NCBI RefSeq assembly: GCF_006345805.1
Contig: NC_043003.1
Span: 25,048,001 to 25,112,000 of the forward strand
Source of the DNA: Octopus sinensis
Taxonomy: Eukaryota
DNA length: 64,000 bases
Direction: 5' to 3'
The notes beneath the pieces are model-generated. The model did not search any database. It worked only from the letters and a program-made list of their open reading frames with translations, and had not been told where the DNA came from. How positions within the stretch are numbered: position 1 is the stretch's first letter; every line of letters begins with the position of its first letter. Shown here in pieces: positions 1 to 12,230 of the stretch. Position numbers and translations under genes: made by a program.

Positions 1-754
1 CTTAGGGTAGGTGGAGCTCTCCAGCCTTGTAAGACAATCCACATAGGAGAAGGTCACTGCAATGTAAAACCTACAGCTTGCTGGTCACCGCTGCCATGTC
101 CGCACGCTGAGTCACTGTGATCAGACCTCCAAGTGTAAAGAGAGGGATCAGATTGCATAGACTGACTCTCACTTTAAAACTAAGCATAAGCGGGAAGAAA
201 AGCTTTGCAGTGTCAAGGACCCTAAACTGCATCCGATAGTGAGACCCTGATTCGGAAGTTTCAGGGTTTTGAGCAGTATTGAACCACCTCCCAGCTATTA
301 TTGTTCCACGGGCCAACTCTGACCCGGAGTAGTAACACCTGTCGGGGCCCCCCGCTGTGGGTTATTAGAATGTTATAGAAGAAACACCAAGCATAAACCA
401 TCACTACTTTGTTAGGGAACTATCACTGTTTTGTTGGTAAAGGAAAAGGCTTAGAGGAGTCAACGTCGACAGGAAATCAAATCTTCGACTCCCTTAGGTT
501 ATCCGTTACCCTCTTTGACACTCTTCCAACAAACAACTCAGGGTAGATGGAGCTCCAGCCCTGTAAGGCAGTTCACAAGAAGAAGGACACTCAAATGTAA
601 AGCACACAGCTTGCTGGTCACCGCTGCCCTCTTTTCCCGCTGAGTCACTGTGGTCTGACCTCGAAGTGTAAAGAGGGGGATCAGGTTACATAGACTGGCC
701 CTCACTGTAAAAATAAACATAGGCTGGCAGAAAAGTTCTTCAATATCAAGGATC
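1..754. repeat. Diverged direct duplication of a ~220-bp segment (1-221 and 537-754)
   Basis: Shared blocks such as AGGGTAG(G/A)TGGAGCTC, CAGCTTGCTGGTCACCGCTGCC, CGCTGAGTCACTGTG and AAGTGTAAAGAG occur in the same order in both copies. Confidence 0.8.
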
Positions 755-859
755 AGTTTACATAACCACTTTAGGCTGTGCCACTCATCCTCGTGATCTT
801 CGAACATGAAGGAACAGACATCATCATATTTTTAATATTCTGTAACTAGTCCAAAGACA

Positions 860-1083
860 ATAGTTCCTAATAAAGGCACAAGGCCAGTAATTTTGAGGGG
901 AATGGTGTTAGTTTGTATCATCGACCCCAGTTCATGATTGGTATGTTATTTTATCGATGTCAGAAGAATGAATTATTAAAGTTGACCGACCTCGGCGAGA
1001 TTAGAACTCAGAACGTAAAAATCATTGAACGAATGTAGCAAGGTATATTTTTCCGACGCTCTTAACGATTCTGCCAACTTGTC
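860..1083 (-). mobile_element. SINE family A, decayed copy
   Basis: GGCACAAGGCCAG...ATCGACCCCAG...GACCTCGGCG...GAACTCAGAACGT...AACGATTCTGCCA matches the reverse complement of the family A copies. Confidence 0.75.
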
Positions 1084-1227
1084 AGGTGATACTGATGTCT
1101 CTAGCTTTCCTTTGCGATGGAGAAACCTGACACGATTTATGTGACGAAAGGGAAGTGGAATTATTTTACTAAGTTACGTTTTTTAAAATTTTATGTGGTG
1201 TAAATTATGTCCAATAATAGCGATGGA

Positions 1228-1242
1228 GGAGAGAGAGAAAGT

Positions 1243-1276
<34 letters not shown>

Positions 1277-1547
1277 CAGAGAGACAGACAGACAGAAAGA
1301 CTGGCAGACAAACAGAGTGTGTATGTGTGTGTGTGTATGTATTTGATAGAGTGGGAAGTGAGAAAGAGACAGGCAGACTGACAAACAGACGGACAATTAG
1401 ACAACAAACAGAGACAGAAAGAGATACAAAGACAGTCAGAGAGAAAGAAAAACAGAAAGATAGACAGACAGATAGAAAGAAAGATAGACAGACAGACAGA
1501 TAGATAGATAAATAGACAGATAAATTGATAGATAGATAGATAGATAG

Positions 1548-1584
<37 letters not shown>

Positions 1585-1925
1585 CATACATACATACATA
1601 CATACATACATACATACATACATACATACATACGTACAAACACACATACAAATATACATACATGCATACATATATACATATACATACACACATACATGTA
1701 TATACATAGACCGGGCCAGAGAAAGTCCATGTACATGTGTGTGTGCGCGCCTGTGCATGTTTGTATATATGTATGTGTGCATATCCACACTCACAAAGAA
1801 AGAGGGTGAGAGAAACATTGAGACACACAAAGAGATAAGGATGTATAGAAGCAATAAGTGATGTGTATGTAAGTCTGTGTGTGAGTGTGTGTGCGTGTGG
1901 TGTGTGTGTGTGTATCTGTATGTAC
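1228..1925. repeat. Compound microsatellite (AG)n/(AGAC)n/(AGAT)n/(ACAT)n/(GT)n
   Basis: Directly visible; explains the long low-complexity ORFs here. Confidence 0.95.
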
Positions 1926-1988
1926 GTATTTGTTTTGTTATATAAGTAATGTTGGCTAATCCTCATGAATGAGCTTGTGGTTACATAC

Positions 1989-2149
1989 TTGTGTGAAGAA
2001 GGAAAACTTGATGCGTGATGAAGTAGTTTTTGTACAGTTTCTGATTCTGGAAAGGAAATCCAGCTTCCTGATTGTACTTGGTGGAACCGGATGTGGTAAA
2101 TGGCTTATCTGGAGAAGGCCTTGACTGAAGGAGAGACACTAGTGGGGTC
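1989..2149 (-). CDS. Candidate internal exon of an unidentified spliced gene (alternative acceptor gives 1989-2108)
   Basis: Minus strand reads ctcttccttgttttccattccactcAG|GACCCC...CACACAA|GTATGT. It is a unique-sequence island between microsatellites, and the one frame open across it gives TPLVSLLQSRPSPDKPFTTSGSTKYNQEAGFPFQNQKLYKNYFITHQVFLLHT. Product not recognised. Confidence 0.45.
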
Positions 2150-2204
2150 CTGAGTGGAATGGAAAACAAGGAAGAGATTAGGGGAGCGCTGGATGGTAGT
2201 GGTG

Positions 2205-2625
2205 GATGGTGGTGGTGGTGGTGGTGGTGGTGGTGGATAAGGGAACAGTTGTGGAGAAAGTATAAGCAGAAAATGAACAAGAGGAGAATAAATGGGAAGG
2301 AAGATGAGGAAGAAGAAGAAGAAGAAGAATGTATGAGTAATGTGGATGAGATATGGAGGGAGGGGAGATGTTTGAAGAGAGTCAGGCCGAAAGAGGAGGA
2401 AAAAAGAAGAGGGGAGAGAAGAGGATGGTGGAGGAAGGGGAAGAAGGGGGAAGAGATGGAGAAGGAAAAGAAAGAGGAGGAGAAGAAGTGGAAGGAGGAA
2501 AGGGAAAAAGAAGAAGAGGAAAAGAAGAATGGGAGGGGAGAAGGAGAAGAAAACAAAGAAGAAGAAGAAGAAGATGATGATGATGATGATGATGAACAAC
2601 AACAACAAGAAGAACAACAACAAAT
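2205..2625. repeat. Purine-rich compound trinucleotide repeat (GGT)n/(GAA)n/(GAG)n/(GAT)n/(CAA)n
   Basis: Directly visible. Confidence 0.9.
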
Positions 2626-3667
2626 AATGTGAGGCTGATTATGAAAATTAACAAAATTGTTGAGACAAACACCTCAGAGGAATTTTCTGCGTATTTCTGT
2701 TATATCTAATCCTTCTCTCTCCCCTCGATTAATGTTATGGCCTCGGCGGAATTTGAACTCAGAGCATAAAGCATGAAGAAACACCACTAAATATTTTGTC
2801 TGGCATGCTGATTCTGACAGTTGCCGCCTTTACTTTACTTGTAAATACCAAAAGATCTTTTGAATCTATGTGTTAAATGGTAATAAAGAATTTTAGAAGT
2901 TAACTTTTATTCTTCAGCTTTCATAGGTTTTTGCACGACACTTCTTCCTTGTGTATAAATCAATTAATTCAGATCCGTACCTTCACTGGAAGCTTCAAAT
3001 TTAGGGGGCAAAAAATATATAAAAAAAAGAAAGGTAAAAATGAAATTAAGCCACCCCAAGCTTTGATAGTGTTTATCGAGAGGAGAAAAGTTTAAGATGA
3101 TTAGTCATTCCAAAGCTATCACGTGCAAAAAGGTCACTGAAGGGAGGTACTGTACAGCAACAAAAGCAAGACATGTGCTTCACTTCATTATACATGAAAG
3201 AATATAAATCTCCAGGAGAGAAAAAAAGAAAGAAAGAAAGTATTAAGGGAATAAAGAAATAACCCGAACAACAATACTTAACATCTGCTTTATGCAAAAT
3301 ACTGAAATCAATCATTAAAAAGGATGTCATTAGAATTAGTTATAAAGCCACCTGCCTGTCCCGAAACAGCACCAGTTTGAATCATTTACTAAAGAGTATA
3401 ACATTATAACAGCTTCCCTTACTCCTGTGTAATCCTGGATTGACTGACATACATGGCGTAGATAATTCAATACACGTGCATGTATGGTCTTCTAGTTTAT
3501 TTTTTAAACTTTCTCTCTAATTGAGAAAGAGCCAGTATCCACCACCAAAAAAAAACAACAAGAAAGCAAAAAATTAATAAAAGTAAGGCTCTGTCATTGA
3601 TACTTAAGCAGCGTCGACCAAGAAGTCACGTACACGTCACTGCATGTGCTGGAGTTTTATTCGTCTC

Positions 3668-4053
3668 TCTATATATAAAGCTGAAGTAGTCTGTGTATGG
3701 CAGGTTTGGTAGCCTTCAACTAACACTATCTCCTCCGAGACCCTGCGGCGCAAGTTGACCAAAATTGAGAGTATGATAGAAGAAGGTTTGCTCTTCCTTC
3801 CGCAGAAGAAAAACTTCAAATCGGACCATATTAACACCAAAAATTATTTACATCAAAAAGGTGCTTTTTTTTCTACGAAAGTCTCTATTTTTTACTATTT
3901 TTTGACTGCTGTGTCTCCATTTTTCGGTGTATTTCAACCAGAAAAATGTTCACTTAAAGAGAATAAGTTACATAATGCAAAATTTTTACTTTTCAAAAAT
4001 TTCAATTCTAAAGGGTCGAAACAAACTCGAGCAACGCCGGGCAATACTGCTAG
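3668..4053 (+). mobile_element. Non-autonomous Helitron-like element
   Basis: 5' TCTATATATAAAG; 3' GC-rich motif CGAGCAACGCCGGGC then ATACTG-CTAG followed by T. Termini are shared with 21149-21451. Confidence 0.7.
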
Positions 4054-4381
4054 TTTTACATATGCATGTGTACATATACATATGTTTGTATGCTTATGCG
4101 TTGTTATATTCACATGCATCAGGCTAAACTGCCGGAATTTTTTACACATTTTCTAGTACCCCTTAATAGTAAGCTCTTAATCGTTTCCTTTCTGGTTTTT
4201 TGAAGATCAACTTCTCAGGGTTGGTACTGAGGCAAGTAGTAATGTAACGAAGTTCCCCAATAAACTCAGCTATAAATTTAAATGTATAGCCGGAGAGTAA
4301 TATCTTCAAATATCTGAGTTCGGCTTAGAATATATCTCATTAATTTAATACAGATTGGATCCTTAATATGTTAACGTCAAA

Positions 4382-4732
4382 GGTGGCGAGCTGGTAGAAA
4401 CGTTAGCACACCGGGCGAAATGCTTAGCCGTATTTCGTCTGCCGTTACGTTCTGAGATCCAAATACCGCCGAGGTCGACTTTGCCTTTCTTCCTTTAGGG
4501 GTCGATAAATAAGTACGAGTTACGCACTGGGGTCGATATAATCGACTTAATCCGTTTGTCAGTCCGTGTTTGTCCTCGCTGTGTTTAGCCCCTTGTGGGT
4601 AGTAAAGAAATAGGTATTTCGTCTGCCGTTACGTTCTGAGTTCAAATTCCGCCGAGTTACGCACTGGGGTCGATGTAATCGACTTAATATCCTTGTTTGT
4701 CCCCTCTCTGTTTAGCCCAATAAAGAAATAAG
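4382..4732 (+). mobile_element. SINE family A (tRNA-like head, MetaSINE-like core), head plus tandemly repeated body
   Basis: GGTGGCGAGCTGGTAGAAACGTTAGCAC head; core GTCGACTTTGCCTTTC...GGGGTCGATAAATAAGTAC; body restarts at GTATTTCGTCTGCCG near 4614. Confidence 0.85.
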
Positions 4733-4854
4733 AATCGTTAGTACCCCGGGCTTCTTCTTCTTCTCGTCTTTTTTTTTTTTTTTTGGTAGTCAAATAAAAT
4801 AACAGTAAGCATTGGTAAGCAACTCGCTGAGGCTACGGAAGATGTCGAAGATTC

Positions 4855-5218
4855 ATACACACACACATAAGGTTCAATGCACACGGAGACATAAATACAT
4901 ACACATACATACACATACTCACACACACATACACATACACAAACACACACTCGGGGTTCAACGCACACGGGAGACATAAATACACACACACGGAGACATA
5001 AATATACACACATACATACACATACACACACAAACACACACACAGGTTCAACGCACACAGAGACATAATTACACACACACACATACACACACATACACAC
5101 ACACATACACACACACATACACACGCACAAACACACACACAGGGTTCAACGCACATGGAGACATAAATACACACACACATACACACACATATACAAACAC
5201 ACACGCACGCACGCACAA
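4855..5218. repeat. Minisatellite: conserved GGTTCAACGCACACGGAGACATAAATAC units separated by (AC)-rich tracts
   Basis: Units near 4871, 4955, 4989 (partial), 5045 and 5143. Confidence 0.85.
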
Positions 5219-5741
5219 ACTTTGAGCAAGGAATACCTTTCTGTTATCCAAGGCCAACGAAGCCCGTGTAAAAGAAGAACGTGAAAATAAGTATTACCGT
5301 TTTGACCTTTGTTATTCGGTTCACGGTATTAAGACGGATTTTTCAGATAAGTAATGAAGATTATGATGGGCAAGAGCACGGGCAATGCAGTGCGCAAAAA
5401 ACAATGGTCTCGGACTGATCAAAATGTTATAACGGCGACTGTAAGCAGTTCCGATTGTAAACGCAGTTTTTGTAACCTGCGGATGATCAAGACTTATCTG
5501 AGGAATTTCTTGGTAGATAATATTCTTAAATAGAAGAAGAACAGGAAAACCCTTGATTTTAGATATCTCTGACTTCGTTTACCGGGAAAATACTAAAACA
5601 AGAGAATCGTAATCGTATGTAGCTGGTGATACGGTAGATGTTAAAAGACATTGCCATCTTTAATGTTTCAAGTTTTTTTTTTAATTTATTGAGATGTACT
5701 TGCATAGCAAGTGATCTGATCTGAGATCGTGTGCTGGAACG

Positions 5742-6025
5742 AAAACAATTGCAGCGTGGAAGGAGTTTATAAGCCATTTAAGCAACACACAAAAACCGTT
5801 AGATTCCCTTCAACATTTAAATTTAATTTGTCGAAATATTTTCGTCGCTTTGAGACCGCAACCTGTTCACTGACAAAATTCCGTGCTGTTTGTCAGTGAA
5901 CAGGTCGCGGTCTCAAAGCGACGAAAATAATTTGCACAAATTAAATTTAAATGTTGAAGTGAATCTAACGGTTTTTGTGTGTTTCTTAAATGGCTTATAA
6001 ACACCTTCCACGCAGCAATTGTTTT
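5742..6025. repeat. Long imperfect inverted repeat (fold-back), ~136-bp arms, 11-nt loop
   Basis: 5742-5877 is the reverse complement of 5889-6025 with a handful of mismatches; loop ATTCCGTGCTG. Confidence 0.95.
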
Positions 6026-6269
6026 TATTTATTATAATTCTGAAATTACATTACTGAGAGATTTTGGAAAGGTTTTATAATATAAAAACTCATATTGTTC
6101 ATTACTAGAGGGAGAAAAAGAACGAAAAACAAGTAAAAGAAAACTTTTGTTGCTCTCATTGTTTGACAGCCGAACTTTGCCCGAGATTGCACGAAACGCC
6201 GGCGTCAACATTACTTCTGGATATATAAATATAAACAGGCATTCATCTTAGTTATAGAAGCAGTAGACA

Positions 6270-7330
6270 CCCTCACACACATACACTAAAATGCACACAC
6301 ACACAGACGCATACACACACACACACACACACACATCCTGAAATTCATATTCACACAAACAATAAAATACATACATAATGTCATACATTAAAAATACATA
6401 AACTAAAGCATACTGACATATTAACCACACATGCACTCATACATACAGAAACTAAAACACACACACATACACACACTAAAACGTGCTCACGCACACTTAC
6501 ATACAATAAAATGTACTCTCAAACACACACACATACATGCAACACACACACATACATGCAAAGGCAAAACCATACACATATTAGAACACACACACACGTG
6601 CACACATAAACTTACATATACATTCATTAAAACAAACACTCACTAAAACGCACTGACACACACATACACCATAGCACACACACACTCACTCAACCACACT
6701 ATAAGATAATACATTCATATACACACACATACATCCATACTAACACATACACACACTCACATTAAAACACACATTAAAACACGCACGCATACACTAACAC
6801 ATGCACACACGCACTAAATGACAATAAAACACACACACATACGCTAATACACTCACAAACACGCACACATGCACCCACACTAACATGCACACACACATAC
6901 GCATATACATGCACACCACCCACACACATACACACAGTAAACTGACACACACATGCACACATACACACACTCACATTAAAACATGACACTCACGCATACA
7001 CTAACACATGCACACACGCACTAAATGACATAAGACACATACACTAATACACTCACAAATACGCACACATGCATCCACACTAACATACACACATACGCAC
7101 ACACAAACACACCACCCACACACACACACACGCACACACAAACACACCACCCACACACATACACACGCACACACATACACACAGTAAAAAGACACACGCA
7201 CACACATACACACGTACACACATACACACGCACACACATACACACCACACACACACACACACGCACACACATACACACGCACACACATACACACGCACAC
7301 ACATACACACGCATGCACACAGGCACACTC
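6270..7330. repeat. Degenerate (AC)-rich satellite with internal higher-order duplication
   Basis: (AC)n-derived tract; block CATACACTAACACATGCACACACGCACTAAATGACA recurs near 6788 and 6995. Confidence 0.85.
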
Positions 7331-7772
7331 ACATCACCATTCATTACGGACAAAAATGACGGAAGCTGTGTTCAACTGAACATAATTTACCGAGCAGATC
7401 AATAAAACCAGTCCGATTCCACACTGATCCAATTTGAACAAATTGATTGACCTACATAATAAAACGATCAAACAAGCTCCGTAATTATCTCTTCATCCAA
7501 GCACGGATCTTTTCTTCTGTTATCTTTTTCTTTCCTTTCTTCTTTTGAATAACTTCTGATCCATTCAAAATAAGGTTTGCAATCCATTGTTATACATTTT
7601 GACGGACTTTTCAGAATGGATGTTGTCGTTGTTGCTGTTGTTGTTATCGCTGTGATTGTGGTTCTTGTTGTTGCTGTTGCTGGTTGTTGTTGTATTATGA
7701 TAGTTGCATCTGTTATTGTTGTAATTATCATTTCGTTATTAATATGTTGTAATTATCATTCTGTTATTAATA

Positions 7773-7937
7773 GGCGCAGGAGTGACTGTGTGGCAAGTAG
7801 CTTGCTTACCAACCACATGGATCCGGGTTCATTCCCACTACATGGCACCTTGGGCAAGTGTCTTCTACTATAGCCCCGGGCCGACCAAAGCCTTGTGAGT
7901 GGATTTGGTGGACGGAAACTGAAAGAAGCCCGTCGTA

Positions 7938-7982
<45 letters not shown>

Positions 7983-7990
7983 GTGTGTGT

Positions 7991-8031
<41 letters not shown>

Positions 8032-8239
8032 TGTGTCTGTGTTTGTTCCCCCAGCATCGCTTGACAACCGATGGTGGTGTGTTTACGTCCCCGTAACTTT
8101 GTGGTTCGGCAAAAGAGACCAATAGAATAAGTACTAGGCTTCCAAAGAATAAGTCCTGGGGTCGATCTGCTAGACTAAAGGCGGTGCTCCAGCATGGCCG
8201 CAGTCAAATGACTGAAACAAGTAAAAGAGTAAAAGAGTA
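7773..8239 (+). mobile_element. SINE family B (tRNA-like head, internal (TA)n(TG)n microsatellite), full length
   Basis: Head GGCGCAGGAGTG(G/A)CTGTGTGG...GGGTTCATTCCC; ACCTTGGGCAAGTGTCTTCTAC; tail GGCGGTGCTCCAGCATGGCCGCAGTCAAATGACTGAAAC followed by (AAAAGAGT)n. Confidence 0.9.
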
Positions 8240-8334
8240 GTGCCTGTTGTGTTGTTATCGATGTAGTTGTTATTATGGTTATTATTGTGATTATTTATTG
8301 TTGTTCTTGTTGTTGCTCACATCTCATCTAGAAG

Positions 8335-8990
8335 GGCTGTGCAGTTGCTATCCAAGAACAGGAGATGGTTTCTAAATATCTGATCAACCAGATGATAAGA
8401 ATGTCTCTAAACCTCAACGTTATGATAGAAAATTTCGATTGTACCATATCAGCAGGAGACACTACTCATATCCACAGTGGCTGTCCAAAAACGTTTGCAA
8501 GGTACTACTTTCTCATGAGACACGACGTTGATTAAGACGGTCTACAATGCTATACGCAGGAGGGTTTTCTTGAAGGCCATACCAAAAGCATACCAGAAAC
8601 AGACTGTCTCTAGATTGTTAAAATGAAAGAATATTGATCGTACGTTCCAATAAAAACAGCCATCTAGTGTACGTACAATAGGTCAAATATTGTTTTATGG
8701 GATAGGAAGAAACAAATCATGCACTGTTGTGGATACCAACAACTCAATGGGCGTGAGTGTCGCGTCAACAATTGGGGAAAATAACGTTTATGGAGAACAG
8801 ATGAGAAACCTACAGCTGTTATATCCAGGCTATAGATTTTTCATGTGTACGTAATGACATTGCTGCACAGAGCTGCATGAAAACAGATTTGCACAAAAGC
8901 CTAAAAATGATGGGGTTCGCGAAGAAAGAAAAGAGCAAACTGATTCGCATTCTCTGAACACAATCGATCACATTGAACAATGTACACCCG
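8335..8990 (+). mobile_element. Decayed Dong/R4-like LINE, C-terminal zinc-knuckle/REL endonuclease region
   Basis: Broken frames give AIQEQEM, THIHSGCPK, MRHDV, NIVLWDR and YGEQMRNLQLLYPGYRF; same family as 28735-28970. Confidence 0.7.
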
Positions 8991-9064
8991 AAAAGAGTAA
9001 AATTGAAAAGATGCTATTGTCAGGGTTGGAACGTCTTTGATTATAAGGCCTACTCGATCAGGAC

Positions 9065-9706
9065 TTACTTAATCCTTTCTACAAGAGGTACAAGGCCTGA
9101 AATTTTAGTTGAGAGGGCTAGTCGATTACATCAACGCTTGACTCAGCTGATCCTTATTTTATCGATCCAGAGAGGATGGAAGGTTAAGTGGAAAGCCAGA
9201 AAAAATGCTGCTAAGCTTTTTGCCCTTCGTGCTAACGATTTTGCCAGCTCGCCGCCTTTTAATCATGGCTTCAAATTTTGGCACAAATCCAGCAATTTTA
9301 GGAGAGAATGTAAGTCGATTATATCGGCCCCAGTGCTCACTTGGTACTTATTTCATCGACCCTGAAATGATGACGGGTAAAGTTGACTCCGGCGGCGTTT
9401 GAACTCAGAACGTAAATATGGACGAAATACTGCTAGGCATTTTCCCCGGGATGCTAATGATTCTGCCAGTTCGAGGCCTTTTAATAATAGCTTCAAATTT
9501 TGGCACAATGCTAACAGGTTTAGGGGACGGGGTAAGTCGATTACATCAATGCTAGCGATTAACTGGTACTTATTTTATCGACTTCGAAAGGATGTAAGGC
9601 AAAGCCCACCTCGGCAGAATTTTGAACTCAAAATGTAAAGAGTCAAAAGAAATGTTGCAAAGCATTTTATCCGATACATTAATGATCCTGCCAGCTCGCC
9701 GCCTTT
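9065..9706 (-). mobile_element. Three tandem decayed SINE family A copies
   Basis: TGCCAG(C/T)TCG..GCCTTT head ends at ~9258, ~9480 and ~9706, each with core remnants. Confidence 0.8.
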
Positions 9707-10097
9707 AGGAGTGTAACCACAACAATTACAGAGACAACAATATTATTAACAACAACAACAACAACCTTGCACTGTTGCTATCGTGTTTCTATTTCCCCAT
9801 GTCACAATGTTTGTGTTCATAAGTCAAGCCAAAGAATGCAGGGTGTAAACAGTGACCTCTTAATTGACATTAAGACCTGACGTAAATATAAATATAGCAC
9901 TATATAGAACAAACTTGGAGTTGAAATAACGCTTCAGCTTCATTGAAGGTTGTACTTTGGACGGACTATTTAACATTTTGAAACACGATATCAAAAATAT
10001 AATTATTTACTGTAAAATTGTCAGCTGGTTGATTGAGATTGCGTTTTGGTTGTTCGTTCGTTTCTTCATGAAGAAAATTACATTTTCTTTTCTCAAA

Positions 10098-10502
10098 CTT
10101 TTACTCTTTTACTTGTTTCAGTCATTTGACTGCGGCCATGCTGGAGCACCGCCTTTAGTCGAGCAAATCGACCCCGGGACTTATTCTTTGTAAGCCTAGA
10201 ACTTATTTTATCGTTCTCTTTTTTGCCGAACCGCTAAGTTACGGGGACGTCAACACACCACCATCGGTTGTCAAGCGATGTTGTGGGGACAAACACAGAC
10301 ACACAAACACGCACATACGTATATATATATACATATATACGACGGGCTTCTTTCAGTTTCCGTCTACCAAATCCACTCACAAGGCTTTGGTCGGCCCGAG
10401 GCTATAGTAGAAGACACTTGCCCAAGGTGCCACGCAGTGGGACTCAACCCGGAACCATGTGGTTCGTAAGCAAGCTACTTACCACACAGCCACTCCTACG
10501 CC
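10098..10502 (-). mobile_element. SINE family B, full length
   Basis: Reverse complement of the 7773-8239 element with a shorter internal microsatellite. Confidence 0.9.
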
Positions 10503-11208
10503 TTTTTGTAATCAAAAAGCATCAACATTTGATTTAGGGCTCCAACTCAAAGTGCTCAGCTGTTGGAGTTGGTACTAGTAATTTTCTACCCCAGAAGAAC
10601 GAAACGCGAAGTTGACCTCTTCAGAATTTGAATTCTGAACATAAAGGGTAGTTTTTAAACATTACATAGCCTCTAGGCAGATATGACATTTTATCGATTT
10701 TGCCAGACTATCGATTTAGATATCATAATAATAGAAGTTTCTAATAGAGGCACTCGCCAGCAAATTGGGGAGGAGTATTCGATACCATTTTTATTTGGGA
10801 TTGGTTCTTTATTCTATCAACCCCTGAAAGAGTGAAAGACAAGGTTTACCTCGGTAGGATTTTAAACTCAGAACACAAGTAGTCTGAACAAATACCGCTA
10901 GACATTTGGAATCGACACTAATGTTTCAACCAATTAACTACCCTTGCAATCGATACTAATGTTTCTTAATTTAGGCACAAGGCCAGCAGTTTAGAGGGAA
11001 AGGGAATAGTCGATACCATGGACCCCAGGACTGAACAGATACTTTATTTTTCCGTCTCTGAAAATATGAAAGGCAAACTTAACATCAGCAGGATTTGAAC
11101 TCAAAATGCAAAAAGTTAGAAAAAATACAGCAAAACGATATTTCGGCTCACGAAACCGCCAATGCAAATAACAAACTAAACAGACGAGTGATTCTTTCTC
11201 ATCATATA

Positions 11209-11545
11209 GGCGCAGGCGTGGCTGTGTAGTAAGACGCTTGCTTCCCAACCACATGGTTCCGGATTCAGTCCCACTGCGTGGCACCTTGGGCAAGTGTCTT
11301 CTACTATAACTTCGGGCCGATCAAAGCCTTGTGAGAACATTTGTATCCATCCCCCCTCATCACTGCTTGACAACCGTGTGTTTGTGTAACGTAACTTAGC
11401 AATTCGGCAAAGGAGAACGCTAGAAAAATACTAGGCTTAAAAAAACAATGTCCTGGGGTCGATTTGTTTGCCAAAAACCCTTCAAAGCGGTGCTCCAGCA
11501 TGGTTGCAGTCAAATGACTGAAACAAGTAAAAGAATAAGAGAAAG
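11209..11545 (+). mobile_element. SINE family B, older copy
   Basis: Head GGCGCAGGCGTGGCTGTGTAG and tail GCGGTGCTCCAGCATGG...GACTGAAAC. Confidence 0.85.
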
Positions 11546-11859
11546 AATATACCCATTCCAGGTGAACTCGCAAAATAGAGCATCGTAAAAAAAAACAAAA
11601 AAAAAACTTTGCGGTAAATGTTCAAATCCCGCCGATGTCTTCTCAGTTTTCATCCTTTCGGGCACCTTAAATTTATGTAGCAGTCTCAGTTCTAGGATCG
11701 GTGATATCGACAAAAATTGTTATCCTTGCACCAAAATCAGAAACCAGATTATACAGATCAGGAGTATACATATATAATTTAAGACGCATAGAACGTGTAT
11801 TATATAGCTAGTACCTTCTGCTGTAACGTTTCAGAAAGCTGTATTGTTTGAACGGTAAA

Positions 11860-12030
11860 TGTTACGTTGTGAGTTCAAATTCCGCCGAGGTCGACTTTGC
11901 CTTTCATCCTTTCGGGGTCGATAAATTAAGTACCAGTTACGCACTGAGGTCGATGTAATCGACTTAATACCTATGTCTGTCCTTGTTTGTCCCCTCTGTG
12001 TTTAGCCCCTTGTGGGTAATAAAGAAATAT
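11860..12030 (+). mobile_element. SINE family A body
   Basis: GAGTTCAAATTCCGCCGAGGTCGAC...AGCCCCTTGTGGGTAATAAAGAAAT. Confidence 0.85.
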
Positions 12031-12034
12031 GTAT

Positions 12035-12230
12035 TGTTTGCAAATGCTGATCATCATGGATGGATGGACGTCCTATACCCTCTTGATCTTCTAGGTTCTT
12101 ATCCTCACAATGGAACCTCTTAAACCACTGTTTTACCGTCCGATCACTTGTGAGCCCTTCACCCCCATGCTCTGTTGATATTGCTGGCTGCTTGGGAAGC
12201 ATTATATCCAAGCTTGAATTCATGCAAACA
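12035..12230 (-). mobile_element. Mariner transposase N-terminal (HTH) remnant
   Basis: GEGLTSDRTVKQWFKRFHCEDKNLEDQEGIGRPS resembles the mariner HTH motif RTVxxWFxxF...LED..RxGRP. Confidence 0.65.

Noticed and set aside
4855-5218. CRISPR-like repeat-spacer pattern
   Set aside because: Spacers are simple (AC) repeats of irregular length, the context is eukaryotic, and there are no cas genes.
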